Shown here in pieces: positions 50,322 to 61,369 of a DNA stretch of 64,000 nucleotides. The notes under the pieces were generated by a model that saw only the letters and a list, made by a program, of their open reading frames with translations, searched no databases and was not told the origin of the DNA. Source of the DNA: Candidatus Omnitrophota bacterium (GTDB taxonomy: Bacteria > Omnitrophota > Gorgyraeia > Gygaellales > Profunditerraquicolaceae); assembly GCA_026416665.1 (NCBI GenBank), contig JAOAET010000015.1, positions 4,433 through 68,432 on the forward strand, in the 5' to 3' direction. Made by a program: the position numbers and the translations under genes. Positions within the stretch are counted from its first letter, which is position 1. Each line of letters begins with the position of its first letter.

Positions 50322-51992
50322 TTAACTAAGTATTGCGCCTTTATCTGCGGAAGACACAAGTCGTGCATAACGAGCAAGATAACCAGTAGTAACTTTGGGA
50401 GCGGTTGGCTTCCACTTTTTAAAACGTCTCTTTATTTCGGTTGGACTTAACGCCACCTCTAACTTCCGTTCAGGTATATCAATATTTATTGTATCACCAT
50501 CTTTAAGAATTGCAATTGGTCCTTTAGCTGCCGCCTCTGGAGATACATGTCCGATACAAGGACCACTGGTTCCTCCAGAAAAACGCCCATCAGTAATAAG
50601 CGCAACTGAATCTGCTAATCCCATCCCCACAATAGCAGAAGTAGGTGCAAGCATCTCCCGCATACCCGGACCACCTGCGGGTCCTTCATAACGAATTACA
50701 ATTACCTGACCTTTGTCAATTTTACCTGCCATTATAGCCGCCATTGCCTCTTCTTCCCGATTAAATACGCGGGCTTTCCCTGTAAAACGCATCATCTTAG
50801 GGTTGACTGCAGACTGTTTTACCACTGCACCATGAGGAGCTAAATTCCCAAATAAAACAGCTATTCCTCCTTCCCAATGGTAAGGACGGGTCAACGGACG
50901 AATTACTTCCTCATCATAAATTTCTGCCTCATTTGCAATCTCTAAAATCTTCTTTCCACTTAGAGTCATACAATTATTAAGATAGCCTTTTAACCGTTTA
51001 AGAACAGCAGGGATTCCACCTGCATACTCAACATCCTCCATCTGATTTGTTCCTGCTGGCTCAATAAGGGCAATATGGTGAACATGACGAGAAATTTCAT
51101 CAAATTTTTTTAAAGAAAGTTTCACCCCTGCCTCATGGGCAATAGCCATTAAATGCAGCACAGTATTTGTTGAACCACCTAATGCCATATCAACAGTAAT
51201 AGCATTCTCAATTGCCTCTTCAGTAACTATACTACGTGGGGTAATATTTTTTCTTACCAGCTCTACTATTCGCTCACCACTTGCCTGAGCAATACGCCGT
51301 TTTTTCGCAGAAACTGCTAACGCAGTTGCACACCCTGGCAAAGATAATCCCAAGGACTCAGTAATGCAAGCCATTGTATTTGCAGTATACAATCCCTGAC
51401 AAGAACCAGCACCAGGACATGCCTCTATCTCCAAACAGGCCAGTTCTGCTTCTGAGATTTCACCTTTTTTTGCCCGGGCTAATGCCTCAAAGGTATCATG
51501 CACAAATGCAAGTTTTCGCTTACGATATCTACCCGACATCATTGGACCGGCAGTCACAATAATAGTAGGAATATTTATACGTAATGCGCCCATTATCATC
51601 CCTGGTGTAATCTTATCGCAATTAGTTAAACAAACTAGGCCATCCAACTGGTGTGCATTACAAATTGTCTCAATAGAATCTGCTATCAATTCACGAGAAG
51701 CTAAGGGATAACACATACCTAAATGCCCCATAGCAATCCCGTCACAAATACCTGGTATACCGAAGAAAAACGGAACACCTCCAGCGTAACAGATCCCGCG
51801 TTCAATAAAACGTTCTAAATCACGCATACCAATATGTCCAGGTATAAGGTCAGTAAAAGAAGTTGCTACGCCGATAAACGGTCTATCTAAATCCTTACGT
51901 GACAAACCCGTTGCATGTAACAATGCACGGTGAGGGACTCGCTCTAAACCTTTTTTTATCGCATCTGATCTCATGCGCACTCCTTTCATCAA
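50322..51992 (-). CDS. ilvD: Dihydroxy-acid dehydratase.
   Basis: An ILVD/EDD signature, CDGIAMG (with the conserved Cys) and SGGTSG. The start is probably the Met at 51972-51974 (MRSDAIKK). Confidence 0.9.
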   Translation of the reverse strand: MMKGVRMRSDAIKKGLERVPHRALLHATGLSRKDLDRPFIGVATSFTDLIPGHIGMRDLERFIERGICYAGGVPFFFGIPGICDGIAMGHLGMCYPLASRELIADSIETICNAHQLDGLVCLTNCDKITPGMIMGALRINIPTIIVTAGPMMSGRYRKRKLAFVHDTFEALARAKKGEISEAELACLEIEACPGAGSCQGLYTANTMACITESLGLSLPGCATALAVSAKKRRIAQASGERIVELVRKNITPRSIVTEEAIENAITVDMALGGSTNTVLHLMAIAHEAGVKLSLKKFDEISRHVHHIALIEPAGTNQMEDVEYAGGIPAVLKRLKGYLNNCMTLSGKKILEIANEAEIYDEEVIRPLTRPYHWEGGIAVLFGNLAPHGAVVKQSAVNPKMMRFTGKARVFNREEEAMAAIMAGKIDKGQVIVIRYEGPAGGPGMREMLAPTSAIVGMGLADSVALITDGRFSGGTSGPCIGHVSPEAAAKGPIAILKDGDTINIDIPERKLEVALSPTEIKRRFKKWKPTAPKVTTGYLARYARLVSSADKGAILS

Positions 51993-52003
51993 CTTAATAA
52001 TCT

Positions 52004-53329
52004 TTAATCAGCACCCTCTCCATCGTGAACAACTTCTTTAGAAGGCTTTCGTTTACGCACAATTACTCTCTTTAGCTTAACAAACTTATCCACTAATGGC
52101 TTATTATTTATGGCATTAAGTTGTTTGAAGAGGAACTCAAATTTTTTCTCAATTTCACCTGCGATTGCATCACGCACTTCTACAGGAAGAGACATAAGCT
52201 CCTTTTTAAATGGACCGAGCGCTTTTTTACGACTGCTATAGAAAAATTGTTCATCAGTTTGTCCTTCTTTACGCTCATTGGCAGCGTTGACTTTAAGCCA
52301 ATCATACATCTTTGCCTTTAATTGTGCCGGGAAGTATTTAGAGTCATAAATCATATTTTGAAACTCCGTGGCTAAATGCACTTCTGCAGTTTCAGTTTCA
52401 GGGAACTTATGAAATGCCTCTGCAGGCAAAGTAGAAGCTCCATGCTGAACTGCTCCTGCCATACCATATTCTTTCCGAGCAATTTCCGAAATGGAACGTA
52501 ACGCTTCAAAATCAAGTTTCACCTGAGCAATGCTACCATCAGGCAAAACTACTCCCCCGTGAGAAGTACCTGTCTGAATACTAATCTTTGATATACCTAC
52601 CAAACCTTTCCGTAGTGTTCCCTGAAAACCTTCCATAAAAGCTCTTAAATCCTCGGGTGTGGAATTTTTATGCCCCACTTCTCCTATCTCTCCACCAACA
52701 GAGATCATTATACCTCTAGGTTGAATCTGACGAATATAGTGGGTAAGTCGTGCACAAACTAAATAATTGTGAAACTGTTGTTTTTTAAGATTGGGTTGAG
52801 TTAAATCTACTAGCGTAGAAGAATCAATATCTATATTATAAAAATGATTTTCAATAGCATCGGAAATTAAAGCTTTTAAAGATTCTACTTCTTTATTAGG
52901 GTCTTCGGCATACTTTTTAGCATTTACTTGAAAATGGTCACCTTGAATAAAAACAGGTCCGCTGTATCCTTCTTTTACCGCAGCAGCTAATACTACCGCA
53001 GAATATTCTACTGGTGGCTGAGCAGTATATCCCATTTCGGACTTGGCAATTTCAAAGATAAAGGCAGCCGCGTCATTTCTTTTAGCTACACGGAAAATAG
53101 CTCTGGCTAAATCGTAAGTCAATGCACGTAGGTTTATGGCTGGAACGGTAAAACCGTGCCATTCTCCTCTTCCTCGTGCCATATACAACTCATGAATACT
53201 AGAAGGATATATACCCTTTTTATAAGCAATGTCTACAATTTTTTTTGCAATCTGTTTTTTTACTTTCATATCGTCACTGATTACCAAATTCATTACCAGC
53301 TTATCCATATCTAACGGTTTCCTTCCCAT
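52004..53329 (-). CDS. Class II (metal-dependent) fructose-bisphosphate aldolase family protein, long and divergent form.
   Basis: Motifs in class II FBA order: [31 protein letters not shown]. The ORF is 441 aa and lies immediately downstream of pfkA. Confidence 0.55.
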   Translation of the reverse strand: MGRKPLDMDKLVMNLVISDDMKVKKQIAKKIVDIAYKKGIYPSSIHELYMARGRGEWHGFTVPAINLRALTYDLARAIFRVAKRNDAAAFIFEIAKSEMGYTAQPPVEYSAVVLAAAVKEGYSGPVFIQGDHFQVNAKKYAEDPNKEVESLKALISDAIENHFYNIDIDSSTLVDLTQPNLKKQQFHNYLVCARLTHYIRQIQPRGIMISVGGEIGEVGHKNSTPEDLRAFMEGFQGTLRKGLVGISKISIQTGTSHGGVVLPDGSIAQVKLDFEALRSISEIARKEYGMAGAVQHGASTLPAEAFHKFPETETAEVHLATEFQNMIYDSKYFPAQLKAKMYDWLKVNAANERKEGQTDEQFFYSSRKKALGPFKKELMSLPVEVRDAIAGEIEKKFEFLFKQLNAINNKPLVDKFVKLKRVIVRKRKPSKEVVHDGEGAD

Positions 53330-53410
53330 CTGTTTTTCCTCCTTTATTTACTTAAATTTTTTAAACTTTTTATAAATATTTTACTTAGTTTAAAAATTAC
53401 CTTCTTATTA

Positions 53411-54376
53411 TTAAGTTAACTTTTTGATAAGTTGTAAAAACACATCGCAGTCTACATTCTTCTTTGAAACAGCAAATTCTAAATCAACTGCAGTAAGCTG
53501 ATTGGATTGGACTCCTACTGCCTTGGCAGTCGCTCCCTGTATAAGCAACTCAACGGCATAGGCACCTAGTCGTGTAGCTAAATTGCGATCCTTTGCAGTA
53601 GGACTGCCTCCGCGCTGCACATGTCCAAGAACCGCCACCCTAGTTTCTAAACTAGTAATTTCTGTAATCTGTGCAGCTATCTTTTCTGCACTACCTGCTC
53701 CCTCTGCAACAATAATAATCCAACTAATTTTACCACGTAAATTTCCTTCAACAATATCATGACACATACGGTGTATATCATAATTACGTTCAGGGATAAT
53801 TACTTCTTCAGCACCGCTTGCCAAACCCACTTGTAACGCTATAAAACCTGAGTCCCTTCCCATTACCTCTACTACGAAAATACGTTCCATAGAAGTTACC
53901 GTATCCCGGATTTTATCGATTGCTTCAAGAGCAGTGTTCACTGCTGTATCGGCACCAATGGTCTCATCTGTTCCGTTTATGTCATTATCAATTGTGCCAG
54001 GCACGCCAATACATGGTATACCCCATTTACGAGAAAGCGCAATACCTGCTTGATAAGTGCCATTTCCACCGATAAGCACAAGTCCGTCGATACCGTATTT
54101 TTTGATAATCCCTACTGCACGTCTTTGAGTGTCTTCTTCTAGGAATTCTGGACAGCGCGCAGTTTTAAGTATCGTTCCACCGTGTGAGATAATATTTGAC
54201 ACTGAACGATGGTCAAAGACCTTCATCTCTTCATTAATTAAACCCAAGAAACCGCGAAATATACCTATTACTTCCAGGTTACAGGAAAGTGCATAACGGG
54301 TAGCTGAACGAATAGCTGCGTTCATTCCAGGGGCATCGCCACCAGAAGTTAATATACCAATTCTACGAAACGACAT
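53411..54376 (-). CDS. pfkA: ATP-dependent 6-phosphofructokinase.
   Basis: RIGILTSGGDAPGMNAAIR, VIGGNGT- and GTIDNDI-type motifs. Confidence 0.9.
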   Translation of the reverse strand: MSFRRIGILTSGGDAPGMNAAIRSATRYALSCNLEVIGIFRGFLGLINEEMKVFDHRSVSNIISHGGTILKTARCPEFLEEDTQRRAVGIIKKYGIDGLVLIGGNGTYQAGIALSRKWGIPCIGVPGTIDNDINGTDETIGADTAVNTALEAIDKIRDTVTSMERIFVVEVMGRDSGFIALQVGLASGAEEVIIPERNYDIHRMCHDIVEGNLRGKISWIIIVAEGAGSAEKIAAQITEITSLETRVAVLGHVQRGGSPTAKDRNLATRLGAYAVELLIQGATAKAVGVQSNQLTAVDLEFAVSKKNVDCDVFLQLIKKLT

Positions 54377-54407
54377 ATCTTTTTCTTCTTATTTTTATTT
54401 TTCCAAT

Positions 54408-56069
54408 TTACAAACCTTCTATCTGCATATCACGCGGATGTTCTATATTAAAAGAGTAGGTGATTTCTTTTTTCTCTTGAGGTGCAAGTTCCATCTCCCA
54501 AAGACAAACGCCTTTCTTATCCTGCCAATTCTCTTGTGTAGGTTTTTGACTCATATAAGTTATTTTTACCTTGATACGGTCATCCTCAGAGACAGGTAGT
54601 GCTTCAAATATCTTAAGTGTAACCTTTTGCTTTTTTAAATTCTGAACAGTAATTTTAAATTTAAACTCGGTTTTCTTGTTTGGAGAAGGTAATGCACCTA
54701 AAATGGTCTGTTCTATTCTCTTCTCTATCAACTGCCGCTGTATCTTTACTTGTTCATCAGCGCCTAAATATAAATTAAATTCTTCTTTTGGGGCAATAGC
54801 ATCTACCTTAGATGAACCAACAAACATATCAGATATAAAAATATTAACTTTAGCAGGCAATATATGCATATCCTCTATATTAGTAAGCGTAGCTCTAACA
54901 TACGCTAAATTATCTTTAGCAGGAAAAGACGAATAGTCAAATTTAGCTTTAAGTAGCCTGCTTATTATAGGTAAAGTAATCTCTTGCCCGTCACAAGGGA
55001 CATTAACGGGTTGGGGCAAATTATACTCTAAACTTGTGGTTTTATCTAACACAGCTGTTTCTTGTACCAAAGTATTTTCCGTATCTAATCTATCTATTTT
55101 ATCTGTTTCGAACTCTGCATATTGCGCAGATCTACTTACTCCCATTAAAGCTATTGACTTGGACTTTTCAACAGGTGGTCTGGGACGAATAATCCAACTA
55201 GAAATATCAGGCATAACCCCGCCTCTTGAAGGAACAGCTGTAGAAATAGATAATTGCACTTCCGACCAAGGCTCACCTGTAGTCTGCCGCAAAATAGCAT
55301 AACAGATAAACTCAAGCTGCTGTTTATCAAAGTCTGCCCGAGCATCATAAAGTGGTTGCCAACTAGCACCCTTTACCAAATAAGAGACAATTACTTTTGC
55401 AGTTTGTGCCTTTTTTGCTTCTACCTCAACTACGATTGAACGTTTAAGCCTCTGAGTGGGATTTTCAATATCACTGAGTTCTCTGCGTAAAACGTCTAGT
55501 TGCTCATTTAACAGACGTGTTCGTAAGTCAGAATCCATCATTGCTTGGTAGTATTCTTTGAGTCGACTGTCTAAAAATTTATATATCCCATCTAACTCTG
55601 CAGTAGTAGGGACTTTAGTAATTAAATCCCGCGGTAGTTGTGCTTGAACAAAAAAGCGTAATGAGTCAAGGAAATTTTTCTCATCGTTAAGTAACCGGCG
55701 AAAATCCTGTTCTTTTCGCTGTTGGTCTTCTAAGGAACGTATTTGTTGACGCAATTTCTGCACTTTTTCTGGGGCTGGCTGAACAAGATAATCTATTTTC
55801 TGTCGCACACCTTTTAACCACACTGCCTCAGTATCAAGTAAAGAGACTCTTAAAGAATTCTCATCAATTACAGGAACAATAGAATCAAAAACTATACTAT
55901 TATCGCCCGCATTAAGCTTTACCTGAGCTAATCTACTTACTCGTGCACAGTCTGGATACACAATTACCTTAACAATTCTTGAATCTGCTATTATTTCAGC
56001 AGCCTGACAGAAACAAGAAAATACTATCACCAATAAAACTCCGACCACCAAAAATGTTATTTTTTTCAT
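54408..56069 (-). CDS. DUF4139/DUF4140 domain-containing secreted protein (mucoidy-inhibitor MuiA-like family).
   Basis: A signal peptide, then VKVIVYPDCARVSRLAQVKLNAGDNSIVFDSI, which looks like an N-terminal DUF4140. A coiled-coil middle region and a long C-terminal domain follow. Confidence 0.55.
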   Translation of the reverse strand: MKKITFLVVGVLLVIVFSCFCQAAEIIADSRIVKVIVYPDCARVSRLAQVKLNAGDNSIVFDSIVPVIDENSLRVSLLDTEAVWLKGVRQKIDYLVQPAPEKVQKLRQQIRSLEDQQRKEQDFRRLLNDEKNFLDSLRFFVQAQLPRDLITKVPTTAELDGIYKFLDSRLKEYYQAMMDSDLRTRLLNEQLDVLRRELSDIENPTQRLKRSIVVEVEAKKAQTAKVIVSYLVKGASWQPLYDARADFDKQQLEFICYAILRQTTGEPWSEVQLSISTAVPSRGGVMPDISSWIIRPRPPVEKSKSIALMGVSRSAQYAEFETDKIDRLDTENTLVQETAVLDKTTSLEYNLPQPVNVPCDGQEITLPIISRLLKAKFDYSSFPAKDNLAYVRATLTNIEDMHILPAKVNIFISDMFVGSSKVDAIAPKEEFNLYLGADEQVKIQRQLIEKRIEQTILGALPSPNKKTEFKFKITVQNLKKQKVTLKIFEALPVSEDDRIKVKITYMSQKPTQENWQDKKGVCLWEMELAPQEKKEITYSFNIEHPRDMQIEGL

Positions 56070-56124
56070 TTTGTAGGTTCCTTTTAGAGGTTACTTAAGG
56101 TTAGAAAAATATTCTTTTTAAAAA

Positions 56125-57384
56125 CTAAGTGCCCATCTGCCAACTAGCTAAATATTTCTTTTGCTCTTTGGTCAATTTGTCAATACGCACACCCATTGAT
56201 GCTAATTTAAGTCGAGCTATTTCGCTATCAATTGGGTCAGGGACCTTATAAACTGCCTGTTTTAGTTTATTATGATTTTCAAGAATATACTCCACAGACA
56301 AAGCTTGATTAGAAAAAGACATATCCATCACTTGGGCAGGATGCCCCTCTGCTGCTGCTAAGTTAATAAGGCGTCCTTCACCTAAAAGATATATCCTTCT
56401 ACCATTAACTAAAGTGTATTCATCTGTGAAATCCCTAATTGTTTTTTTAGAACGGCTTAATCTCTCTAATGCCGGTATCTCTATCTCAGCATTAAAATGT
56501 CCAGCATTACAAACAATGGCACCATCTTTCATCAACAAAAAGTGCTCTTTACGGATAACATTAAGATTGCCTGTAACGGTGATAAATATATCACCTCGCC
56601 TTGCTGCCTCTTTTATAGGCATAACTTGAAAGCCGTCCATAACTGCTTCCAATGCCGATAATGGTGACGTCTCAACTACAATAACATTTGCCCCCATACC
56701 TTGGGCACGTTTGGCTACACCTTTACCACACCAACCATAACCACAAACCACCACTACTGAACCAGCAAGGAGTTTGTTAGTAGCCCTGATAATCCCATCT
56801 ATGGTTGACTGGCCTGTTCCATAGCGATTATCGAACATATGTTTAGTTAAGGCATCATTGACTGCAATAATTGGATAAAGTAATCTCTTCTGTTGCGCAA
56901 GTGCCTTCAATCTTATGACACCTGTGGTAGTTTCTTCAGTTCCACCCAAAACATCTTTTGCCAGAAACTTTTCCGGGTGTTGATGAATCATCGACACAAG
57001 ATCAGCACCGTCATCCATAGTAATACGAGGATGAAAAGAAAGAACAGCTTCTATATGTTTATAGTAAGTTTTTGTATCTTCTCCCTTGATTGCAAAAACA
57101 GGTATACCTAAATTATGTACCAGAGAAGCGGCAACATCATCTTGAGTAGAAAGAGGATTAGAAGCGCAAAGAACCACATTTGCTCCACCTGCTTTTAAGA
57201 CTTCCATTAAAACTGCTGTCTCTGTGGTCACATGAAGGCAGGCAGCAATATTCACTCCTTTTAAAGGACGCTCTTTTTTAAAACGACCATACACCATCCT
57301 TAAAACAGGCATATTATTTCGCGCCCATTCTATTCTTAAAGCCCCTTTTTTGGCTAGATTTAGGTCTTTAATATCGTATTTCAT
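56125..57384 (-). CDS. ahcY: Adenosylhomocysteinase.
   Basis: An N-terminus typical of the short (419 aa) SAHH form, [28 protein letters not shown], and an NAD-binding motif [11 protein letters not shown]. Confidence 0.9.
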   Translation of the reverse strand: MKYDIKDLNLAKKGALRIEWARNNMPVLRMVYGRFKKERPLKGVNIAACLHVTTETAVLMEVLKAGGANVVLCASNPLSTQDDVAASLVHNLGIPVFAIKGEDTKTYYKHIEAVLSFHPRITMDDGADLVSMIHQHPEKFLAKDVLGGTEETTTGVIRLKALAQQKRLLYPIIAVNDALTKHMFDNRYGTGQSTIDGIIRATNKLLAGSVVVVCGYGWCGKGVAKRAQGMGANVIVVETSPLSALEAVMDGFQVMPIKEAARRGDIFITVTGNLNVIRKEHFLLMKDGAIVCNAGHFNAEIEIPALERLSRSKKTIRDFTDEYTLVNGRRIYLLGEGRLINLAAAEGHPAQVMDMSFSNQALSVEYILENHNKLKQAVYKVPDPIDSEIARLKLASMGVRIDKLTKEQKKYLASWQMGT

Positions 57385-57440
57385 TAATTCTCCTTTTTGT
57401 AATTTTACTTTATTTTATAGTTTAACTACTTTTCGAAAAA

Positions 57441-58625
57441 CTACATCCGTGCAGCTTGTTTTTTTAGTGTAGCTACTTTATCCGTTAGCTCCCAAGTAAA
57501 TTCTGGTTCTGTCCTACCAAAATGTCCAAAACAGGCAGTCTTACGGTATATTGGACGAAGAAGGTCTAATGACTTGATAATCCCTCTGGGAGTTAATTCA
57601 AAATTTTCCCGAATAAGTTTGATTATCTTATCATCTGAAATTTTTCCTGTTCCAAAGGTATTTACAAATATAGAAAGAGGCTCGGGATAACCAATAACAT
57701 ATGATAGCTGCACCAAAAGCTGATCAGCGACACCTGCAGCTACCAAATTCTTAGCAATGTAACGACACATATAAGCAGCTGAGCGATCTACTTTGGTAGG
57801 ATCCTTTCCAGAAAATGCACCTCCACCGTGAGGAACACTGCCACCATAGGTATCCACAATAATCTTTCTTCCAGTCATCCCTGTATCTGATTGAGGACCT
57901 CCAACTACGAATTTACCTGTCTGGTTTACATAGTACTTGGTTTTTTTATCAATCAAACCCTTTAAAACAGGCTCAGCAATAACTTTAATCATCTCTTCTC
58001 TTGCCTGTTGAGTAATGTGTTCTCCGGTAGTATCTAACACATCTTCAGTATGCTGACAGGCAAGTACTACTGAATCAATCCGCTTAGGTTTACCTGCCTG
58101 ATATTCAATAGTAACCTGGGACTTACAATCTGGTCCAAGGTATTTGAGGATACTTTTCTTACGCACCTCTGCCATTCTTCTTACTAACCTATGTGCAAGC
58201 ATAATTGCAAGAGGCATAAGCTCTTCAGTTTCCCGACAAGCATAACCAAACATAATTCCTTGATCCCCTGCACCTCCTGTATCTACACCCATGGCTATAT
58301 CAGGTGACTGGGAATGAATGGTATTTACAATTGCACAGGTATGATAATCAAAACCGTATTTGGGATGGGTGTAACCTATATCACGAATAATATCCCGTGC
58401 CAATTTGTGAATATCTACATAGGCGTGGGTAGTAATCTCACCCCCAATAATCAGAAGCCCCATGGTCACATACGTCTCACAAGCCACCCTTCCCTTTGGA
58501 TCTTGTTTAAGGACCTCATCAAGCACACCATCAGAAATTTGGTCACAAACTTTATCAGGATGACCTTCACCCACTGATTCCGAGGTAAAAAAGAAGTTAT
58601 TTTTCACCAACCCCTCCCTGTTCAA
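57441..58625 (-). CDS. metK: S-adenosylmethionine synthetase.
   Basis: [32 protein letters not shown] and [28 protein letters not shown] motifs. Confidence 0.9.
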   Translation of the reverse strand: MNREGLVKNNFFFTSESVGEGHPDKVCDQISDGVLDEVLKQDPKGRVACETYVTMGLLIIGGEITTHAYVDIHKLARDIIRDIGYTHPKYGFDYHTCAIVNTIHSQSPDIAMGVDTGGAGDQGIMFGYACRETEELMPLAIMLAHRLVRRMAEVRKKSILKYLGPDCKSQVTIEYQAGKPKRIDSVVLACQHTEDVLDTTGEHITQQAREEMIKVIAEPVLKGLIDKKTKYYVNQTGKFVVGGPQSDTGMTGRKIIVDTYGGSVPHGGGAFSGKDPTKVDRSAAYMCRYIAKNLVAAGVADQLLVQLSYVIGYPEPLSIFVNTFGTGKISDDKIIKLIRENFELTPRGIIKSLDLLRPIYRKTACFGHFGRTEPEFTWELTDKVATLKKQAARM

Positions 58626-59355
58626 GTATTCGTCTAAGGCTTTTGTACATTTTTATTGACCCGATATCAAACCATCTTTTCTTAAATATAAAGGCATAAA
58701 CCTTACCTTTTGTAGTTAACCATTCAAGGTATGCTCCCGCATTATCAGTATGTTTTGGCATAACTTTAATATATTCATCTAATAATCTAGTTGTAGCTGA
58801 AGGGAAATAATAAAGACACATCGCAACTAAACTAGTTAAAGGACGCCTGGGCTTCTCTTGAAAGACAATAACACGATTATTATCTGCTAATTTTACTACG
58901 CCATAGTTTCGTGCTTTTGTTTTTGAACCTATATCTAAAACACCCACTGTAACAGAGCTTTTCCTTTTCGCAGCCTGAAAGACAAAATCATACAAAGGTT
59001 CTTCAAAGAAATTATCACCGCCAAGAATTAAATAATCTTGGTCATAACCAACACGTTGTAACACAAAATGCATATCACCAACAGCACCACGGCGCTGTTT
59101 AGGAGAAGTGGTCAAATCATTTATTATCTTTAGTTTTTTACAGGTAGAAGAATTATTTTTCCAGTGCTGAAACTTACTAAAAAAACAATTGTTTGTAACT
59201 ATAATAATTTCATCTAGGTTGTCTAATACTTGCAATTTCTCTATTAAATACTGAATTAATGGTTTACCATTTAAAGGTAAAAGTGGTTTAGGAAAATCCT
59301 TTGTATAAGGATACAATCTTGTGGCGTAACCAGCTGCTAGAATAAGTGCCTTCAT
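58597..59355 (-). CDS. Sugar-phosphate nucleotidyltransferase (NTP_transferase family).
   Basis: [34 protein letters not shown] is a G-x-G-T-R-L nucleotidyltransferase motif. Confidence 0.7.
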   Translation of the reverse strand: MKALILAAGYATRLYPYTKDFPKPLLPLNGKPLIQYLIEKLQVLDNLDEIIIVTNNCFFSKFQHWKNNSSTCKKLKIINDLTTSPKQRRGAVGDMHFVLQRVGYDQDYLILGGDNFFEEPLYDFVFQAAKRKSSVTVGVLDIGSKTKARNYGVVKLADNNRVIVFQEKPRRPLTSLVAMCLYYFPSATTRLLDEYIKVMPKHTDNAGAYLEWLTTKGKVYAFIFKKRWFDIGSIKMYKSLRRILEQGGVGEK

Positions 59356-61091
59356 TATTCTGTTTTTAGAATCATTTTTAACTTTTTCTGCAAGAACTCC
59401 TCTACTGCATACGCAGTGGGAAGAGTCAAGACATACCTAGCTATTTCTTTTGCCTCGCTGAAATTCACACTGCGAATTATATATTTTATCTGTGGAATAG
59501 ATAAGGAAGAAACACTAAACTCATCTAGTTCCATACCCAAAAGCATAAGGGTAAAAAGCTCATCAGAGGCCATCTCACCGCACATAGCCACCCAGATGTT
59601 GTGTGAATGTGCTGCTTCAATAACTGTCTTAATCATCCGCAACACTGCCGGATGAGCTGGTTCATATAAATAGGCGACTTTTTCATTAGTCCTATCCACT
59701 GCTAACGAATATTGAATAAGGTCATTAGTTCCTATTGAGAAAAAATCTGCTTCTTGTGCCAAGACATCTGCGGTCATTACTGCTGAAGGCACCTCAATCA
59801 TTACCCCTACTTCTAAATTATCGTTAAACGGTATTCGGTCACGACGCAATTCTTCTTTACATTCTTTCAGAATCTGGTTCGCCTGACGTAACTCCTCAAT
59901 TCCAGAAATCATCGGATACATAAGACGTAAATTACCAAAATAAGAGGCACGTAATATTGCCCTTAACTGCACCTTAAAGATATCTGGCCTAGCTAGACAG
60001 AAACGTATTGCCCGCCAACCTAAAAATGGCTCTATCTCCTTAGGCATCTCAAACTGTGAAAGGAATTTATCTCCCCCCAAATCTAAAGTGCGAATAGTCA
60101 CCGGGGCAGGATTCATCTCTTCCGCAACATGTTTATATGCGCGGAATTGCTCTTCTTCGCTAGGTGCATCTTTTCGATTCATATAGAAATATTCTGTGCG
60201 GTAAAGTCCTATCCCTGCTGCCCCATGTAATTTAATAGAAGGTATCTCTTCAGGAAGTTCTATGTTGGCATAGATTTCTACTTTGCGACCATCCAGTGTT
60301 TGAGCAGGAAGGTCTTTTACTACTAAAAACCGTTCAGCAATACCTTTGAGTTTCTTTGCCTCTTCTTCATATAACTTGAGTGTTTCTTCATCGGGATTAA
60401 CAATAACTACACCCATACTGCCGTCAACAATAAGTAAATCTGAGGACTTAATCTTCTGAGTTGCCTCAACTACACCTACGACTGCAGGAATCTCTAAAGA
60501 CTTCGCCATAATAGCAGTATGGGAGGTTTTCCCTCCTATGTCTGTAACAAAAGCACACACATGTTGCTTATGCATAGCAGCAGTATCGGAAGGAGACAAA
60601 TCGTGTGCTACCACTGCTACCCGTTCCTGGATATCTTTTAAACTGCGTTGCTCTTTACCTAATAGATTTCGTAAAAGCCTACGTCCTACATCATTAAGAT
60701 CTGCAATTCGTTCACGTAGATATTCGTCTTCAATCTTAGAAAATACTTCAATGTATTTCTTCAATACCTCTGAAACAATATAGGGCACAGCTACTTGTTC
60801 CTTTTTTAAGCGCGAAATAACCTCTTCAATTAACATACGGTCTTCAAGCACTAATAAGTGCGCATCAAATATCTGCGCTTCTTCTTTTCCCATTTCAGTA
60901 GCAATACGTTTTTGCAACTCAAGAATTTCTCTACGAGTAGCAATGAGGGCCTCTTCAAAAAGCTGAATTTGGATGGGAATCTCTTCTGGTTTAATAGGCT
61001 GAGGTAATACCTCTATCTCATCTTTACCAATCTTATATGCCTTAGCTATGGCAATACCGGGAGCTGCTGCTATTCCCTTAAGTTTAATCAT
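59355..61091 (-). CDS. ptsI: Phosphoenolpyruvate-protein phosphotransferase (PTS Enzyme I).
   Basis: The N-terminus is MIKLKGIAAAPGIAIAKAY. The active-site His region is GGKTSHTAIMAKSLEIPAVVG. The PEP-utilising motif is SIGTNDLIQY. Confidence 0.9.
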   Translation of the reverse strand: MIKLKGIAAAPGIAIAKAYKIGKDEIEVLPQPIKPEEIPIQIQLFEEALIATRREILELQKRIATEMGKEEAQIFDAHLLVLEDRMLIEEVISRLKKEQVAVPYIVSEVLKKYIEVFSKIEDEYLRERIADLNDVGRRLLRNLLGKEQRSLKDIQERVAVVAHDLSPSDTAAMHKQHVCAFVTDIGGKTSHTAIMAKSLEIPAVVGVVEATQKIKSSDLLIVDGSMGVVIVNPDEETLKLYEEEAKKLKGIAERFLVVKDLPAQTLDGRKVEIYANIELPEEIPSIKLHGAAGIGLYRTEYFYMNRKDAPSEEEQFRAYKHVAEEMNPAPVTIRTLDLGGDKFLSQFEMPKEIEPFLGWRAIRFCLARPDIFKVQLRAILRASYFGNLRLMYPMISGIEELRQANQILKECKEELRRDRIPFNDNLEVGVMIEVPSAVMTADVLAQEADFFSIGTNDLIQYSLAVDRTNEKVAYLYEPAHPAVLRMIKTVIEAAHSHNIWVAMCGEMASDELFTLMLLGMELDEFSVSSLSIPQIKYIIRSVNFSEAKEIARYVLTLPTAYAVEEFLQKKLKMILKTE

Positions 61092-61363
61092 TTCAGTTCC
61101 TCTTTAGCAACAATGCGTTCAAGTTCTGCCACTGCTTGTTCTGCGTCACGCCCATCCGCTTCAATAATAATTTCACTACCTTCTTCGGCACCTAGCATCA
61201 AAATGCCCATAATGGACTTACCGTTTACCCTTTCCTTTTCACGACTAACAGTAATATGAGACTCAAATTTATTAGCGACCTGCACAAAGACTGCTGCAGG
61301 ACGCGCATGTAAACCCTGTTTGTTTTTGACAATTACTTTTTTTCTCACCACTGCCATATCCAA
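61088..61363 (-). CDS. ptsH: Phosphocarrier protein HPr.
   Basis: KVIVKNKQGLHARPAAVFV (His15 region) and GKSIMGIL (Ser46 region). Confidence 0.85.
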   Translation of the reverse strand: MDMAVVRKKVIVKNKQGLHARPAAVFVQVANKFESHITVSREKERVNGKSIMGILMLGAEEGSEIIIEADGRDAEQAVAELERIVAKEELK

Positions 61364-61369
61364 AAAATA

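Noticed and set aside
58597-58625. A 29-nt overlap between metK and the downstream nucleotidyltransferase ORF start.
   Set aside because: This is probably the ORF caller choosing the longest frame for the nucleotidyltransferase. It is not a programmed-frameshift signal.
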